A stretch of DNA of 64,000 nt from an uncultured Spirochaetota bacterium (GTDB taxonomy: Bacteria; Spirochaetota; Spirochaetia; SZUA-6; Fen-1364): contig CAVTHO010000008.1 of the NCBI GenBank assembly GCA_963734545.1, positions 224,001 to 288,000 of the forward strand, read 5' to 3'. Below the pieces are notes generated by a model. It was not told the DNA's origin. It ran no database searches and worked only from the letters and a program-made list of their open reading frames with translations. Both the position numbers and the translations under genes were made by a program. Shown piece after piece: positions 9,768 through 20,377 of the stretch (position 1 is its first letter; each line of letters opens with the position of its first letter).

Positions 9768-12160
9768 CTAGCGGAACGAATGCTCGGTGCGGGCGATGAT
9801 GTCGTCCTGCTGGTCCGGGGCGAGGTCGTTGAAGTAGGCGGAGTAGCCGGCGACCCGAACGACGAGATCGCGGTGCCGCTCGGGGTGCTTCTTCGCGTCG
9901 AGGAGCGTCTCGCGGGACACCAGGTTGTACTGGATGTGCCAGCCCTTCATGTCGTCGAAGAAGGTCCGCAGCATCGCCTCCGAGGCGTGCCCGGTCTTCG
10001 ACCGTGCGGAGCGATCCGGGGGTCAGTTTCTGGTTGAGGAGGACCCCGCCGAAGATCTCACGGGCGGGCAGCTTGCCCACCGACGAGAGGACGGCCGTCG
10101 GTCCGAGGAGGTCGGTGCCCGATGACGGGGAGGAACCCTCCGCGAGCGGCGTGCCGGCCTTGCGCCCGTCAGGCGTCGCCTTGACGGCCGCTCCCGAGGG
10201 GACGTTCGACGAGATGCTCGAGGTGCCGGGGTAGTAGCCTCCCCCGATCGGCCCGCGCCCGAAGCGCGTGTTGCGGTACCGCTTGATCTCATCCATGTAG
10301 GCGCGGTAGGCCTCGACCGTGATCGAGTCGACGTAGTCGTCGTCGTTCCCGTACTTGGGCGCCTTGTTGAGGAGCTTGAGACGGAGGGTCTCCCCGTCCT
10401 TCCCCGCGAAGTCGGTCTCGAGGGCGGCGAGGAGCTCCTCCTTCGTCACCGACTTCTCCTCGTAGACAAGCCGCTTGATCGCGGCGAGGGCGTTGCCCAT
10501 GTTGGCGATACCGACCTGGAGGCCGGAGATCCAGTCATAGACGGCGCCGCCCTCCTTCACGGTCTTGCCGCGCCCGATGCAGTCGTCGGTGAAGACCGAG
10601 CAGAGGATGTCGGGCACCTCGGTCTCGAGAGCCGTGTCGACCGCGGTGTCCACCTCGACGCTCGCCCGCGTGTAGAAGGCGACCTGACGGCGCCACGCGT
10701 CCATGAGCGCGTCGAAGGTGGCGAAATCCGCGAGCGTGCCCGTGCCGGGGAAGAACGCCTTTCCCGAGGTCGCGTCGACGCCGTCGTTCAACGTCGCCAG
10801 CAGGATCCGGGGCATGTTGAGGAAGCTCATGCCCGTCGCGCGGTAGCCCCACTTCCCGGGCACCGCCACCTCGATGCAGCCGATGGCCGAGTAGTCGCGG
10901 GCGTCCTCGAGGCTCACGCCGCGCTCGAGCATCCCCGGCACCACCACCTCGTCGTTGTTGAACGCCGGCATGCCGAAGCCCCGGTCGATCACGCGCGCGC
11001 AGGCGTCGAGGAACTCCCGCGTCATGCCGCTGTGGTAGCGCACCGAGAGATTGGGCTGGGTGAGCCGGAGCTCGCCCACCGTTTCGAGGATGAGGGAGGA
11101 GAGCCGGTTGGTGGCGTCCTTCCCGTCCCGGTCCACGCCGCCGATGGTGACGTTCTGGTAGAGGGGACCGCCCGCGGAGTAGCGCGTGTGGGACCAGGAG
11201 CGGATCTTCTTGATCGCGAGAAGCTTGAGCCAGGTCGCCTCGAGCAGCTCGGCCGCCTCCTCGCGCGAGATGCGCCGCGAGTCGAGGTCGCGGTCGTACC
11301 AGGGTCCGAGGAACTGGTCCATGCGGCCGAAGGACAGGGAATGGCCGTTCGACTCGATCTGGAGGACGAGCTGGACGAAGTAGGCGAGCTGGAGGGCTTC
11401 GCGGAAGCTGTCGGGTGCCCCTTCCGCAATGGCCTCGCAGGTCGTCGCGATTGTCGCGAGCTCCGCCGCGCGGGACTTCGAAGGCGCCCGGGAGGCCTCG
11501 TCGCTCGCCAGGACGGCGAACCGACGGATGTATGCCGAGAAGCCCTCGAGCGCGTCGATCATCGCGAGGTGCAGCTGCCGGCGCCTCAAGCCTTCCCAGG
11601 TGGAGACGTCGTCGGCTTCGAGCTCGCGAGCGACCAGCGCCTTGTATCCTCCGAGCCCGAGCTCGAGGATCCTGCGCGTGTTCGGGGCGATGTGACCGTC
11701 GCCCGATGTCATGTTGCCCTCGGCGCGCACCATGCCCGAGTCGTGGATGGCCTTGAGCTCGGGGCTGAGGAGTGCTTCGGCCCTGTCGTGGAGGGTCTTG
11801 CCCTTCCAGTATTTCACGAGCTCCAGGAGCTCGGCCTTGTCCCCGGGAGAGATTTCATACGACTCCGCGGGCCGGTTCCCGATCCCCTCGATCTCCCGCT
11901 CGATCCACGCGACCGCGTACTCGGGAAAGATCGGGGCCGCTCGGTTCCGGGAGGCGAGGTTTCCCACGACGAGCTCATCCTTGCCGATCCAGATGGTCAT
12001 CTCCTCGAGGGTGCGCCGGAGGGCCTGCGCGCGGCGCCTCGACCACGGGGAGGTTCTCGTTTTCCTTGTAGAGGCGGGTGTAGATGCGGGCGCGTTCGAT
12101 GCAGATCGAGGGCCTGGTCGAAAGGATCTCGTCCTTGATCCGGGCTATGCGTTCGGTCAT
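9768..12160 (-). CDS. ybiW: Glycyl radical enzyme, YbiW/PflF-like (frameshifts near 12040 and 9981)
   Basis: Cys loop [12 protein letters not shown] and Gly loop RVAGYSAYF (ORF 9768..9974). Segments [32 protein letters not shown] and [11 protein letters not shown] closely resemble E. coli YbiW as I recall it. N-terminus MTERIARIK starts at 12160. Confidence 0.85.
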
Positions 12161-12162
12161 GG

Positions 12163-13075
12163 TCAGCCTCCAGTCGACGTCGCGAAGCCGAGGGCGGCGG
12201 CCTTCGCCTCCCAGCGTGCGACGTCGCGCCGTTCGACGGCATGGCCCTCCTTCCAGGGGCATTCGCGATCGAGCATCGCGTACTTCCCGAGGGCCAGCTC
12301 GTGGTAGGGCAGGAAGTCGATGCGCCGCGTCACGCCCTTCGGGTTGGGAAGGACGGCCGCGAAGGCGAGCATCGCCTCGATCGAGGCGTCGTCCGCGTTG
12401 AAGCCCGGCACGAGCGGGACCCGAAGCTCGAGGTCGGCTCCCGAGGCCGCGAGAGTCATCATGTTCGCGGTGACCTGGGCGAGATTCCCGCCGGTGCCTT
12501 CCTTGAACCGGTCCGCGTCCACCTGCTTGAGGTCGGCGAGCCAGAGGATCGGAAGGCCGAGGAGGGGCTCGAGTGCGCGAGGGGCCACGGCGAGGCAGGT
12601 CTCGATCGCCACGCTGACGCCGCGCCCTGTGAGGATTTCCGCGAGCTCGCGCTGCAAAGGCGTGGTAGGCGAGCGGTTCTCCGCCCGAGAAAGTGACTCC
12701 GCCGCCCGACTTCGCGAAAAAGGGAGCGTCTTTCATCACGTCGCGAGCGACTTCTTCCGCCGTCATTTCTTGTCCGGCGATGCGGATGGCGAGCGAGGGG
12801 CACACCTTCGCCAGGCCTGGGGCCGCTTTCGCAGCGCGGTTGGCCTGCACGCTCCCGTCCTCGCGCTGCGCCATTGCTCCTCCGAAGGCAGGGTCGAGAC
12901 AGGCGTGGCAGCCGACACAGCGATGCTCATTGTAGAGGATTTCCGGCTCGAAGGACTGGCCTTCAGGGTTGGAGCACCAGGCACAGCGCAAAGTGCAGCC
13001 CTTGAAAAAGACCACCGTGCGTATGCCGGGTCCGTCATGAGTCGAGAAGCGCTGTATGTCGAAGATTGCAGCCAC
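12163..13075 (-). CDS. Glycyl-radical enzyme activating enzyme, radical SAM (frameshift near 12655)
   Basis: HDGPGIRTVVFFKGCTLRCAWCSNPE (CX3CX2C), GGVTFSGGEP; continues in ORF 12163..12657 (IETC, RVPLVPGFN, LPYH). Confidence 0.9.
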
Positions 13076-13081
13076 CAAAGA

Positions 13082-13110
13082 ACTCTATCAGGTTATTTTC
13101 ATTTGGTCAA
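13082..13110 (-). promoter_or_regulatory. Promoter of the activase-ybiW operon (probably leaderless)
   Basis: TTGACC-17 bp-TAGAGT with an extended TG, ending 6 nt before GTG 13075; no SD. Confidence 0.55.
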
Positions 13111-13356
13111 TATTTGATTCCGTTCGTAAGTATCGAGAAATGGAACCCTAGTCAAATTTCTAGAGGCTATGGTAGACAGACAGCCTCCTCCTCCTGCAGA
13201 AGATGGAAAAAAACGTTGACGGAAGTGAACTGCCGTTTCTATATTCCCGCATTGTGAGCCCGTACATTCTGAACGCCATCGCAACGACGGTCTTCGTCAA
13301 GAACCCGGGTATAAAGATCCAGCTGAAAGTGAGTTCCAGAATCGATTGGAATTTTG

Positions 13357-13384
13357 TTGACATATGAATTGGTTTAGATATAAT
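13357..13384 (+). promoter_or_regulatory. Consensus sigma70 promoter of the ABC-pflD operon
   Basis: Exact TTGACA-16 bp-TATAAT. Confidence 0.8.
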
Positions 13385-13397
13385 CGTGTCGGTTACG

Positions 13398-13421
13398 GAT
13401 GAAACATTTTTATGTTTCATC
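13398..13421. promoter_or_regulatory. Operator palindrome downstream of the promoter
   Basis: Perfect inverted repeat GATGAAACAT-TTTT-ATGTTTCATC just after the predicted transcription start. Confidence 0.65.
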
Positions 13422-13447
13422 TAATACGTTCCTGAAGGAGGTAGTGA

Positions 13448-14387
13448 ATGAAAAGAGTTTTGGTAATCGGACTCATCCTGCTGGTCGCGATCGCCTTCGG
13501 CGTTGGTGCCCAGGCCAAGCTGGTGAAGGCCGCGTTTGTCATCTCGAACGCCGCCAACGAATCCCAGGCCTTCTCGTCGAAGCAGTTCCTGAAGTTCGGG
13601 GCGCAGTACGGCTTCGACATGTACACCTTCGACGCGAAGGGCGACACCCAGGCCGAGTCGCAGATCGTCACGAACTGCATCGCGCAGAAGTTCAAGGTCA
13701 TTTTCCTGAACCCGAACGACATCAGCGCCATCGTCCCGAGCATCATCAAGGCAAAGGCAGCGGGCCTGATCGTCGGCATGTTCTCCTCGGACCTCGCGCC
13801 GGAGAACCAGAAGTACCGTGACTTCTATGCAGGGGTCAACGATACGATGGCCGGCCAGCAGGCTGCGACGTCATTCAAAAAGGCCTTCCCGAACGGCGCC
13901 AAGATCGTCGAGATCGGCGGCCAGGCGGGCCACGACGCCCAGATCAAGCGGCACGATGGATTCAACGGCGCCCAGGGGATCATGGGTTCGAAGATCCAGG
14001 TCCTCGACTACAAGGCCTGCCAGCAGTGGGCAACCGACCAGGCGCAGACCATCATGGAAGACGACATCGTGAAGTTCGGGACCGACATCCAGGGCGTCTT
14101 CGTCCACTGGGACAACGGCGCAACGGGCGTCATCCAGGCGGCAAAGGCCGCGGGCATCAAGGGCCTGTTTATCGTCGGCGTCGACGGCAACCGCGCCGGC
14201 TACTACCAGGTCCAGAGCGGCGACCAGGCTGTCAGCATCGCCCAGGACTTCGTGCTCATGACCAAGACGGACCTCGGGCTCGCCCGGGACGTCCTCGCCG
14301 GGCAAGAAGGTTCAGCCGATCAACTTCGTGCCGCTCTTCGCCGTCGACAAGAACTCGATCGCGAGCTTCGATCCGCCCGAGTGGTAG
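13448..14387 (+). CDS. Sugar ABC transporter substrate-binding protein, RbsB-like (frameshift near 14300)
   Basis: Signal peptide, SD GAAGGAGG, DAKGDTQAE, RHDGF and IVGVDG. The shifted frame gives a plausible C-terminus KKVQPINFVPLFAVDKNSIASFDPPEW*. Confidence 0.85.
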
Positions 14388-14404
14388 AGATCGGCATAGT
14401 CTGA

Positions 14405-14480
14405 AAGGGCTCGTTCCACCCTCTGGCGGGACGAGCCTTGTTCTTCTCGTTCCGCCTCTGGCGGAACGAGCCTTGTTCTT
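14405..14480 (+). repeat. Tandemly duplicated intercistronic hairpin (~35-bp direct repeat, 2 copies)
   Basis: CTCGTTCC(A/G)CC(C)TCTGGCGG(G/A)ACGAGCCTTGTTCTT at 14410-14445 and 14446-14480; each copy is a stem-loop followed by a T-rich tail. Confidence 0.75.
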
Positions 14481-14505
14481 ATAACCTTCACGCAAGGATG
14501 GGGCC

Positions 14506-16005
14506 ATGGCAGCAGGCGGCTCTGAGATCATCCTGTCCATCAGGGACGTGAGCAAGTCATTCCCCGGAGTCAAGGCCCTCGACAGGGTCTCGATCGACGT
14601 CCGTCGCGGCACGGTGCACGGCATCGTCGGCGAGAACGGCGCGGGCAAGTCGACCTTGATGAAGATCCTGTCCGGTGTCTACCAGAAGGACAGCGGCACG
14701 ATCGAGTTCGACGGCGCGCGTGTCGAGCACACCACCCCGCACCAGTCGATGCAGAGCGGGCTGGCGATCATCTACCAGGAGCTCAACCTCGTCAACACGA
14801 TGAGCGTCGGGGAGAACGTCTTCCTCGGCCGATTCAAGGAAATGAAGGGCATGCGGGGCACCCACGCAAAGGCGCGGGAGCTCCTGGACAGCATCGGCTG
14901 CAAAGTGCCCACGACCCGCCTGGTTTCCGAGCTCTCCGTGTCGGAGAAGCAGATGGTGGAGATCGTCAAGGCGCTGTCCTTCCAGTCGAAGCTCATCATC
15001 ATGGACGAGCCGAGCTCGAGCCTCACGGCAGAGGAGATGGCCGAGCTGGTCGAGATCATCCATCATCTCCGGGAGAAGGGGATCTCGATCATCTACATCA
15101 GCCACAAGCTCGACGAGATCTTCCAGTTCTGCGACATCGTGAGCGTGATGCGGGACGGCCGTGTCGTCGACACCAAGGCCGTGGCTGAGTTCACGCGGAA
15201 CGAGCTGGTCTCGATGATGGTCGGCCGCACGATCGAGAACGAATACCCCCCGCGCCCCCACAGCGTGGGCGCGGTCGTCATGGAAGTCCGTTCGATCCGC
15301 ACCCACAAGCTCCACGACATCTCCTTCACGCTTCACAAGGGCGAGATCCTGGGCCTTGTCGGCCTTGTCGGCGCGGGCCGCACCGAGATCGTCCGGGCCA
15401 TCTACGGCGCTGACAAGGCACGCGGACACGAGGTCCTCCTGGGCGGCAAGCCCGCGGCAATTCGCAATCCCCGTCATGCCAAGGACTTCGGCATCGGGCT
15501 GATCCCGGAAGACCGCAAGCTCCAGGGCCTCGTCCTGCCCTTTTCCGTTGAATCGAATATTTCCATGGGGAGCATACGGAAGTTCAGCCGGCTCGGCTTC
15601 ATCCGGAGGTCCATCGAGAAGGGCATCGGGGCGCGACAGGTCCAGGCCCTCTCGATCAAGACGCCCTCGACCCGGGTCGCCGTGAACAACCTTTCGGGCG
15701 GCAACCAGCAGAAAGTCATCGTCGGGCGGTGGCTCGAGATCTCGCCGCAGATCTTCATCATGGACGAGCCGACGCGGGGCATCGACGTCGGCGCCAAGTA
15801 CGAGATCTACCTCCTCATGAAAAGGATCGTCGAGGCGGGCGGGTCGATCATCCTCATCTCCTCCGAGCTTCCCGAGGTGCTCAACATGAGCAACCGGGTG
15901 CTGACGATCTTCGAGGGACGAACCACCGGGGAGTTCTATCCGGAGAAGACCCCGGTGGACGAGATCATGAAGGCCGCGCTCGGCCTCGAGGGAGGCGCCG
16001 CATAG
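14506..16005 (+). CDS. Sugar ABC transporter ATP-binding protein (RbsA/MglA type, two domains)
   Basis: GENGAGKST, IIMDEP, PEDRK, LSGGNQQK, DEPTRGIDVGAK. Confidence 0.95.
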   Translation: MAAGGSEIILSIRDVSKSFPGVKALDRVSIDVRRGTVHGIVGENGAGKSTLMKILSGVYQKDSGTIEFDGARVEHTTPHQSMQSGLAIIYQELNLVNTMSVGENVFLGRFKEMKGMRGTHAKARELLDSIGCKVPTTRLVSELSVSEKQMVEIVKALSFQSKLIIMDEPSSSLTAEEMAELVEIIHHLREKGISIIYISHKLDEIFQFCDIVSVMRDGRVVDTKAVAEFTRNELVSMMVGRTIENEYPPRPHSVGAVVMEVRSIRTHKLHDISFTLHKGEILGLVGLVGAGRTEIVRAIYGADKARGHEVLLGGKPAAIRNPRHAKDFGIGLIPEDRKLQGLVLPFSVESNISMGSIRKFSRLGFIRRSIEKGIGARQVQALSIKTPSTRVAVNNLSGGNQQKVIVGRWLEISPQIFIMDEPTRGIDVGAKYEIYLLMKRIVEAGGSIILISSELPEVLNMSNRVLTIFEGRTTGEFYPEKTPVDEIMKAALGLEGGAA

Positions 16006-16007
16006 CC

Positions 16008-17002
16008 ATGGGAGAAGTCGCAGTGCGCATGGGAGAGAAATCCGGTGGCGAGGGCGGTCCAGGTCCTCTTCCGGGACTACCTCGTCCTTGTGATGATCAC
16101 GGCGCTGGTCGTCCATCACGGCAATCGTGGAACCCAAGTTCCTCACGCCGCGGAACCTGATCAACATCATGCGCCAGTTCGGGCCCCTGATCATGGTCAG
16201 CCTGGGCATGACCTTCGTCATCATCGGAGGTTTCATCGACCTCTCGGTGGCCGGCATCATCAACCTCGTCGCCGTTGTCACCATCTCCCTGATCGGACCC
16301 CTGGGGCAGGTGCCGGCCCTCCTTGCGGGACTGGCCATTGGAGCGGCGTGCGGGGCGCTCAACGCCGCCGCGATCCTGACCTCGGGAGCCCTGACGCAGG
16401 CCGAGGCGCTGTTCCTCACGTTCGGCATGAGCACCGTGTTCTCGGCCTTTGCGCTGCTGTACAGCGGCGGCATGACGATGCATTTCTGGGACATCAAGAC
16501 GAGCAAGGCGATGTTCGAGACGATCGGCGCGGGAACCGTCGGCCCCTTTTCCGTCTCCTTCGTCATCTTCCTCGTCGTGCTCCTGCTGCTGTGGATCTTC
16601 CAGACCAAGACGACGGAAGGAAGGGCCATCAGCCTCACCGGCGGCAACAAGACGGCCGCCCGCCTGAGCGGCATCCGTATATTGCGAAGCATCGCCGTCA
16701 TCTACGTGATCTGCGGCCTGATGACCGGGCTGGGGGCCATCGTCCTCTTTTCCCGGATCACGACGGCCGCCCCCGTCATCGGCCTGGGCTACGAGACAAA
16801 CGCCATCCTCGCGGTCGTGGTCGGCGGCACGACGCTGAAGGGCGGCAAGGGAAGCGTCCTCCGGACGGTGATGGGCGTCCTCCTTGTCATCCTCATGTCC
16901 AATTGCCTGAACCTCCTCGGTGTCTCGACCTACCTGCAGGTGGCCGTGAAGGGCGCGATCCTGGTCCTCGCGATCTGGCTCGACAACCGCAAGCAGGTGT
17001 AG
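16008..17002 (+). CDS. Sugar ABC transporter permease, RbsC-like (frameshifts in the 5' part)
   Basis: GMTFVIIGGFIDLSV, AARLSGI, YETNAILAVVVGGT. The N-terminus is spread over several frames between 16008 and 16127. Confidence 0.85.
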
Positions 17003-17013
17003 GAGGAGGGACG

Positions 17014-17977
17014 ATGACAGGCAACGGCATCGGAAGAAGGCTTTACTCGATCGTGATGAGGCAGAAGGCATTCGTCGCCATCATCGTGATGATGGGCGTG
17101 ATGCTCTTCTCCGGCACGCAGTTCTACACCGCGTACAACCTCCTCGACATGCTCAACTCGACCTCGATCCTCCTCATTCTCTCCTTCGGGGTCACGTTGA
17201 CGATCATCGCGGGCGGCTGCGACCTTTCCATCGGCGGAATCCTCGTCGTATCGGGCATCCTCTCGATCAAGCTGCAGGAGTACATGCCCATGGAGTTCGC
17301 CATCGCGCTCGCCGTCGTCTTCGGCATCGTGGTCGGCTTCGTGAACGGGTTCCTCTCCGTCCACCAGAAGACGGAGCCCTTCATCATCACGCTGGGCATG
17401 GGCCTCCTGCTCACCGGCGTCGCCCAGCAGCTCACCGACGCCCATCCGGTGCCGGCCAAGAATCCCGCCTTCATGATGATCGGCAACGGGGACTTCCACG
17501 GGGTGCCGAACCTCGTGATCATCATGGCGGTCTGCTTCGCCCTGGCGCTACTGGCTCATGCGCTACACCCAGTTCGGCCGCAACCTGTACGCCATCGGCG
17601 GCGACTACGAGGTGGCGCGCTACTCGGGCATCCCGGTCATCCGGACGAAGTGGATCGCATTCGTGATCAGCGGCGGCTGCGCCGCCCTGGCCGGAATGCT
17701 TCTCTCCTCCAAGCTGAACACCGGCTCGTCGATCTACGGCGACCTGACCGCCCTCGTGGTGAACTGCGGCGTCGTCGTCGGGGGAACCTCGTTCGCCGGC
17801 GGCATCGGCGGAATCCCGCAGTCGGGCCTCGGCCTCCTGGTGTTCGGCATGCTCGACAACGTGATGAACATGCTCGCGATCAAGTCCTACTACCAGGTAT
17901 TGTTGAAGGGCGCTGTCATCGTGGCGATCATCTGGCTCGATTGCTACGCCCAGAAGCGGAGACGCGAGTTCATCTAA
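17014..17977 (+). CDS. Sugar ABC transporter permease, RbsC-like (frameshift near 17550)
   Basis: SD AGGAGG, GGCDLSIG, PFIITLG; continues in ORF 17558..17977 (TQFGRNLYAIGG, VVGGTSFAGG). Confidence 0.85.
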
Positions 17978-17998
17978 GGGCCGAACGGAGCTTTTCGA

Positions 17999-20377
17999 GT
18001 GGATACCAAAGGATGTGACAGGATAAGGGCGCTCCCCAGCACGCCGCGGATCGCGGTGCTCAAACAGCGCATGCTTGCGGCGCCGCGTTACCTGTCGATC
18101 GAACAGGCCGCGATCGTCACCGAATACTACAAGGCCAATCCGGACAAGCCGCGCGCCACCCAGCGCGCCGAGTCCCTCGCAGAAACCCTCCGCAGAATCG
18201 AGATCCGGATCGACCCGCTGGAGCTGATCGTCGGCAACCGGACCTCCGGCGTCCGCGCGGGCGTCGTCTCACCCGAGGCGGGAATCTCCTGGCTGGACGA
18301 CGAGATCGAGCGGCTGCCGGTGCGCCCGCAGGACAAGTTCGAGGTCCGACCGGAGGATATCGCGACATTCCGGCGCGATATCCTGCCTTTCTGGAAGGGA
18401 AAGTCGCTCGAGGACAAGGTCAAGGAAGCCCTCGGCGACGAGATTGCGGCGATCGGCAAGGTCGCGAAAATCAACCAGACCGACCACGCGCAGGGCCATA
18501 TCTGCCCCGACACGAAAGGTTGGCTCGCGAAAGGGCCGCGCTCCATAAGGGACGATGCTTTGGCCCGGGCCGCGACGGCCGCGCTGGAAAAGCGTGACTT
18601 CTATCGCGGGATGGCCATCGCCCTTGACGGTGCCATCGACTTCATGCGGCGCTACGCCGCCCTGGCCCGTACCATGGCGGCCGACCGCGCACACGGGGAG
18701 CACCGGGCCAACATAGAGGAGATCGCTCGCGTCTGCGACAAGCTGTCGCACGAGCCTCCCTCGACCTTCCGCGAGGCGGTGCAGGCGCTCTGGTTCCTCT
18801 TCGTGCTGCTGCAGGCCGAGTCGAACGCCTCGTCGTTCTCCCCCGGCCGGGCCGACCAGTATCTTTTCCCCTACTACCAGCGGGACATCGAAGCCGGGAC
18901 GCTGGACGACGCGGGAGCGCTGGAGATCATCGAGGCCCTCTGGCTCAAGTTCAACCAGATCGTCTACCTGCGAAGCTCGAGCAGCGCCAAGTACTTCGCG
19001 GGATTCCCCATCGGCTTCAACGTCGCAATCGGCGGCCTGGACGATCGCGGTGAGGACGCCTCCAACGAGCTTTCCTTCCTCTTCCTCCGCGCGCAGGCGC
19101 ATATCGGCCTGCCGCAGCCCAACCTCTCTGCGCGCCTCTCGGAAAAGTCCTCGGAGGAGTTCGTCCGCGAGTGCGCGAGGGTGATCGGACTGGGCTCGGG
19201 CATGCCCCAGGTCTTCAACGACGAGAGCATCGTGCCCGCCCTGATGGCGCGTGGAATCTCCGCCGAGGACGCGAGGAACTACGCCATCGTCGGCTGCGTG
19301 GAGCTCACCACGCACGGCAACGCCCTGGGATGGAGCGACGCGGCCATGTTCAACATGGTCAAGGCGCTCGAGCTGACGCTCAACAACGGCATCTGCCTGC
19401 TCACGGGAAAGAAGATGGGGCTCGACCTCGGCTCCCTGGGCGACTACCGCAGCTACGAGGAGCTGGAGGCGGCCTTCCGCACGCAGATGGATCATTTCAT
19501 CGGGCGCATGATCAGGGCCTGCGACGCGGTCGACCGCCTGCACGCGGAGATCCTGCCCTCGCCCCTGCTCTCTTCGGTCATCGAGGGGTGCGCGGAAAAG
19601 GGCCTCGACGTGACGGCGGGCGGGGCACACTACAACCTGTCTGGAATCCAGGCGATCCAGCCGGCCAACCTCGCCGACTGCCTCGCGGCGATCAGGCAGT
19701 GCGTCTTCGACGAGCGGAGCGTGAGCGCAGAGGAGGCCCTTGCGGCGATGCGCAGCGACTACGCTGGCAAGGAGAGCCTCCGGCAGCGTCTCATCAACAA
19801 GGTCCCGAAATACGGCAACGACGTGGACTGGGTGGACGCCATCGCGGCCAAATGGGTCGACTATTTCGCGGCGCGGATGAGCGAGTATACGAACGCCCGC
19901 GGAGGGCCCTACCACACGGGGCTCTACACGGTGTCCGCGCATGTGCCCATGGGACAGAACGTGGGTGCCTCGCTCGACGGGCGCAGGGCCAGGGACCCTC
20001 TCGCGGATGGGGGCATGTCCGCGATGTACGGTCGTGACCGTCACGGCCCGACGGCCCTCCTCCGCTCGGTATCGAAGGTGAGGTCCCTGAACGGCAGCAA
20101 CGGCACCCTCCTCAACATGAAGTTCCTGCCGGAGTTCTTCACAACCGAGGAAGGCATCGACAAGTTCGCGAGTTTCCTCCGCACCTTTGTCCGGCTCCGG
20201 ATCAACCACGTGCAGTTCAACGTGGTCCGCAGGGAGGACCTGGTGGCCGCGAAGGCCGACCCGGAATCGTGGCGCAGCCTGACTGTCCGCGTGGCCGGCT
20301 ACACGGCCTACTTCTCGGAGCTGGCCAACGACCTGCAGGACGAGATCATCGCGCGGACGAGCTACGGCGACCTCTGA
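17999..20377 (+). CDS. pflD: Glycyl radical enzyme, PflD-like
   Basis: Cys loop VGCVELT and Gly loop RVAGYTAYF. INQTD..QGH, ESNASS, LRSSSSAKYFAGFP and YTVSAHVP resemble E. coli PflD as I recall it. Single Cys rather than the CC motif of true PFL. Confidence 0.85.
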   Translation: MDTKGCDRIRALPSTPRIAVLKQRMLAAPRYLSIEQAAIVTEYYKANPDKPRATQRAESLAETLRRIEIRIDPLELIVGNRTSGVRAGVVSPEAGISWLDDEIERLPVRPQDKFEVRPEDIATFRRDILPFWKGKSLEDKVKEALGDEIAAIGKVAKINQTDHAQGHICPDTKGWLAKGPRSIRDDALARAATAALEKRDFYRGMAIALDGAIDFMRRYAALARTMAADRAHGEHRANIEEIARVCDKLSHEPPSTFREAVQALWFLFVLLQAESNASSFSPGRADQYLFPYYQRDIEAGTLDDAGALEIIEALWLKFNQIVYLRSSSSAKYFAGFPIGFNVAIGGLDDRGEDASNELSFLFLRAQAHIGLPQPNLSARLSEKSSEEFVRECARVIGLGSGMPQVFNDESIVPALMARGISAEDARNYAIVGCVELTTHGNALGWSDAAMFNMVKALELTLNNGICLLTGKKMGLDLGSLGDYRSYEELEAAFRTQMDHFIGRMIRACDAVDRLHAEILPSPLLSSVIEGCAEKGLDVTAGGAHYNLSGIQAIQPANLADCLAAIRQCVFDERSVSAEEALAAMRSDYAGKESLRQRLINKVPKYGNDVDWVDAIAAKWVDYFAARMSEYTNARGGPYHTGLYTVSAHVPMGQNVGASLDGRRARDPLADGGMSAMYGRDRHGPTALLRSVSKVRSLNGSNGTLLNMKFLPEFFTTEEGIDKFASFLRTFVRLRINHVQFNVVRREDLVAAKADPESWRSLTVRVAGYTAYFSELANDLQDEIIARTSYGDL

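Noticed and set aside
9768-9974. Stand-alone GrcA-like glycyl radical spare-part gene
   Set aside because: It is the in-register C-terminus of the YbiW-like GRE after one extra G near 9981, and it has no SD of its own.
9768-20377. Calling either GRE a true pyruvate formate-lyase
   Set aside because: Both have a single-Cys loop (GCIE or GCVE), not the adjacent Cys-Cys of PFL.
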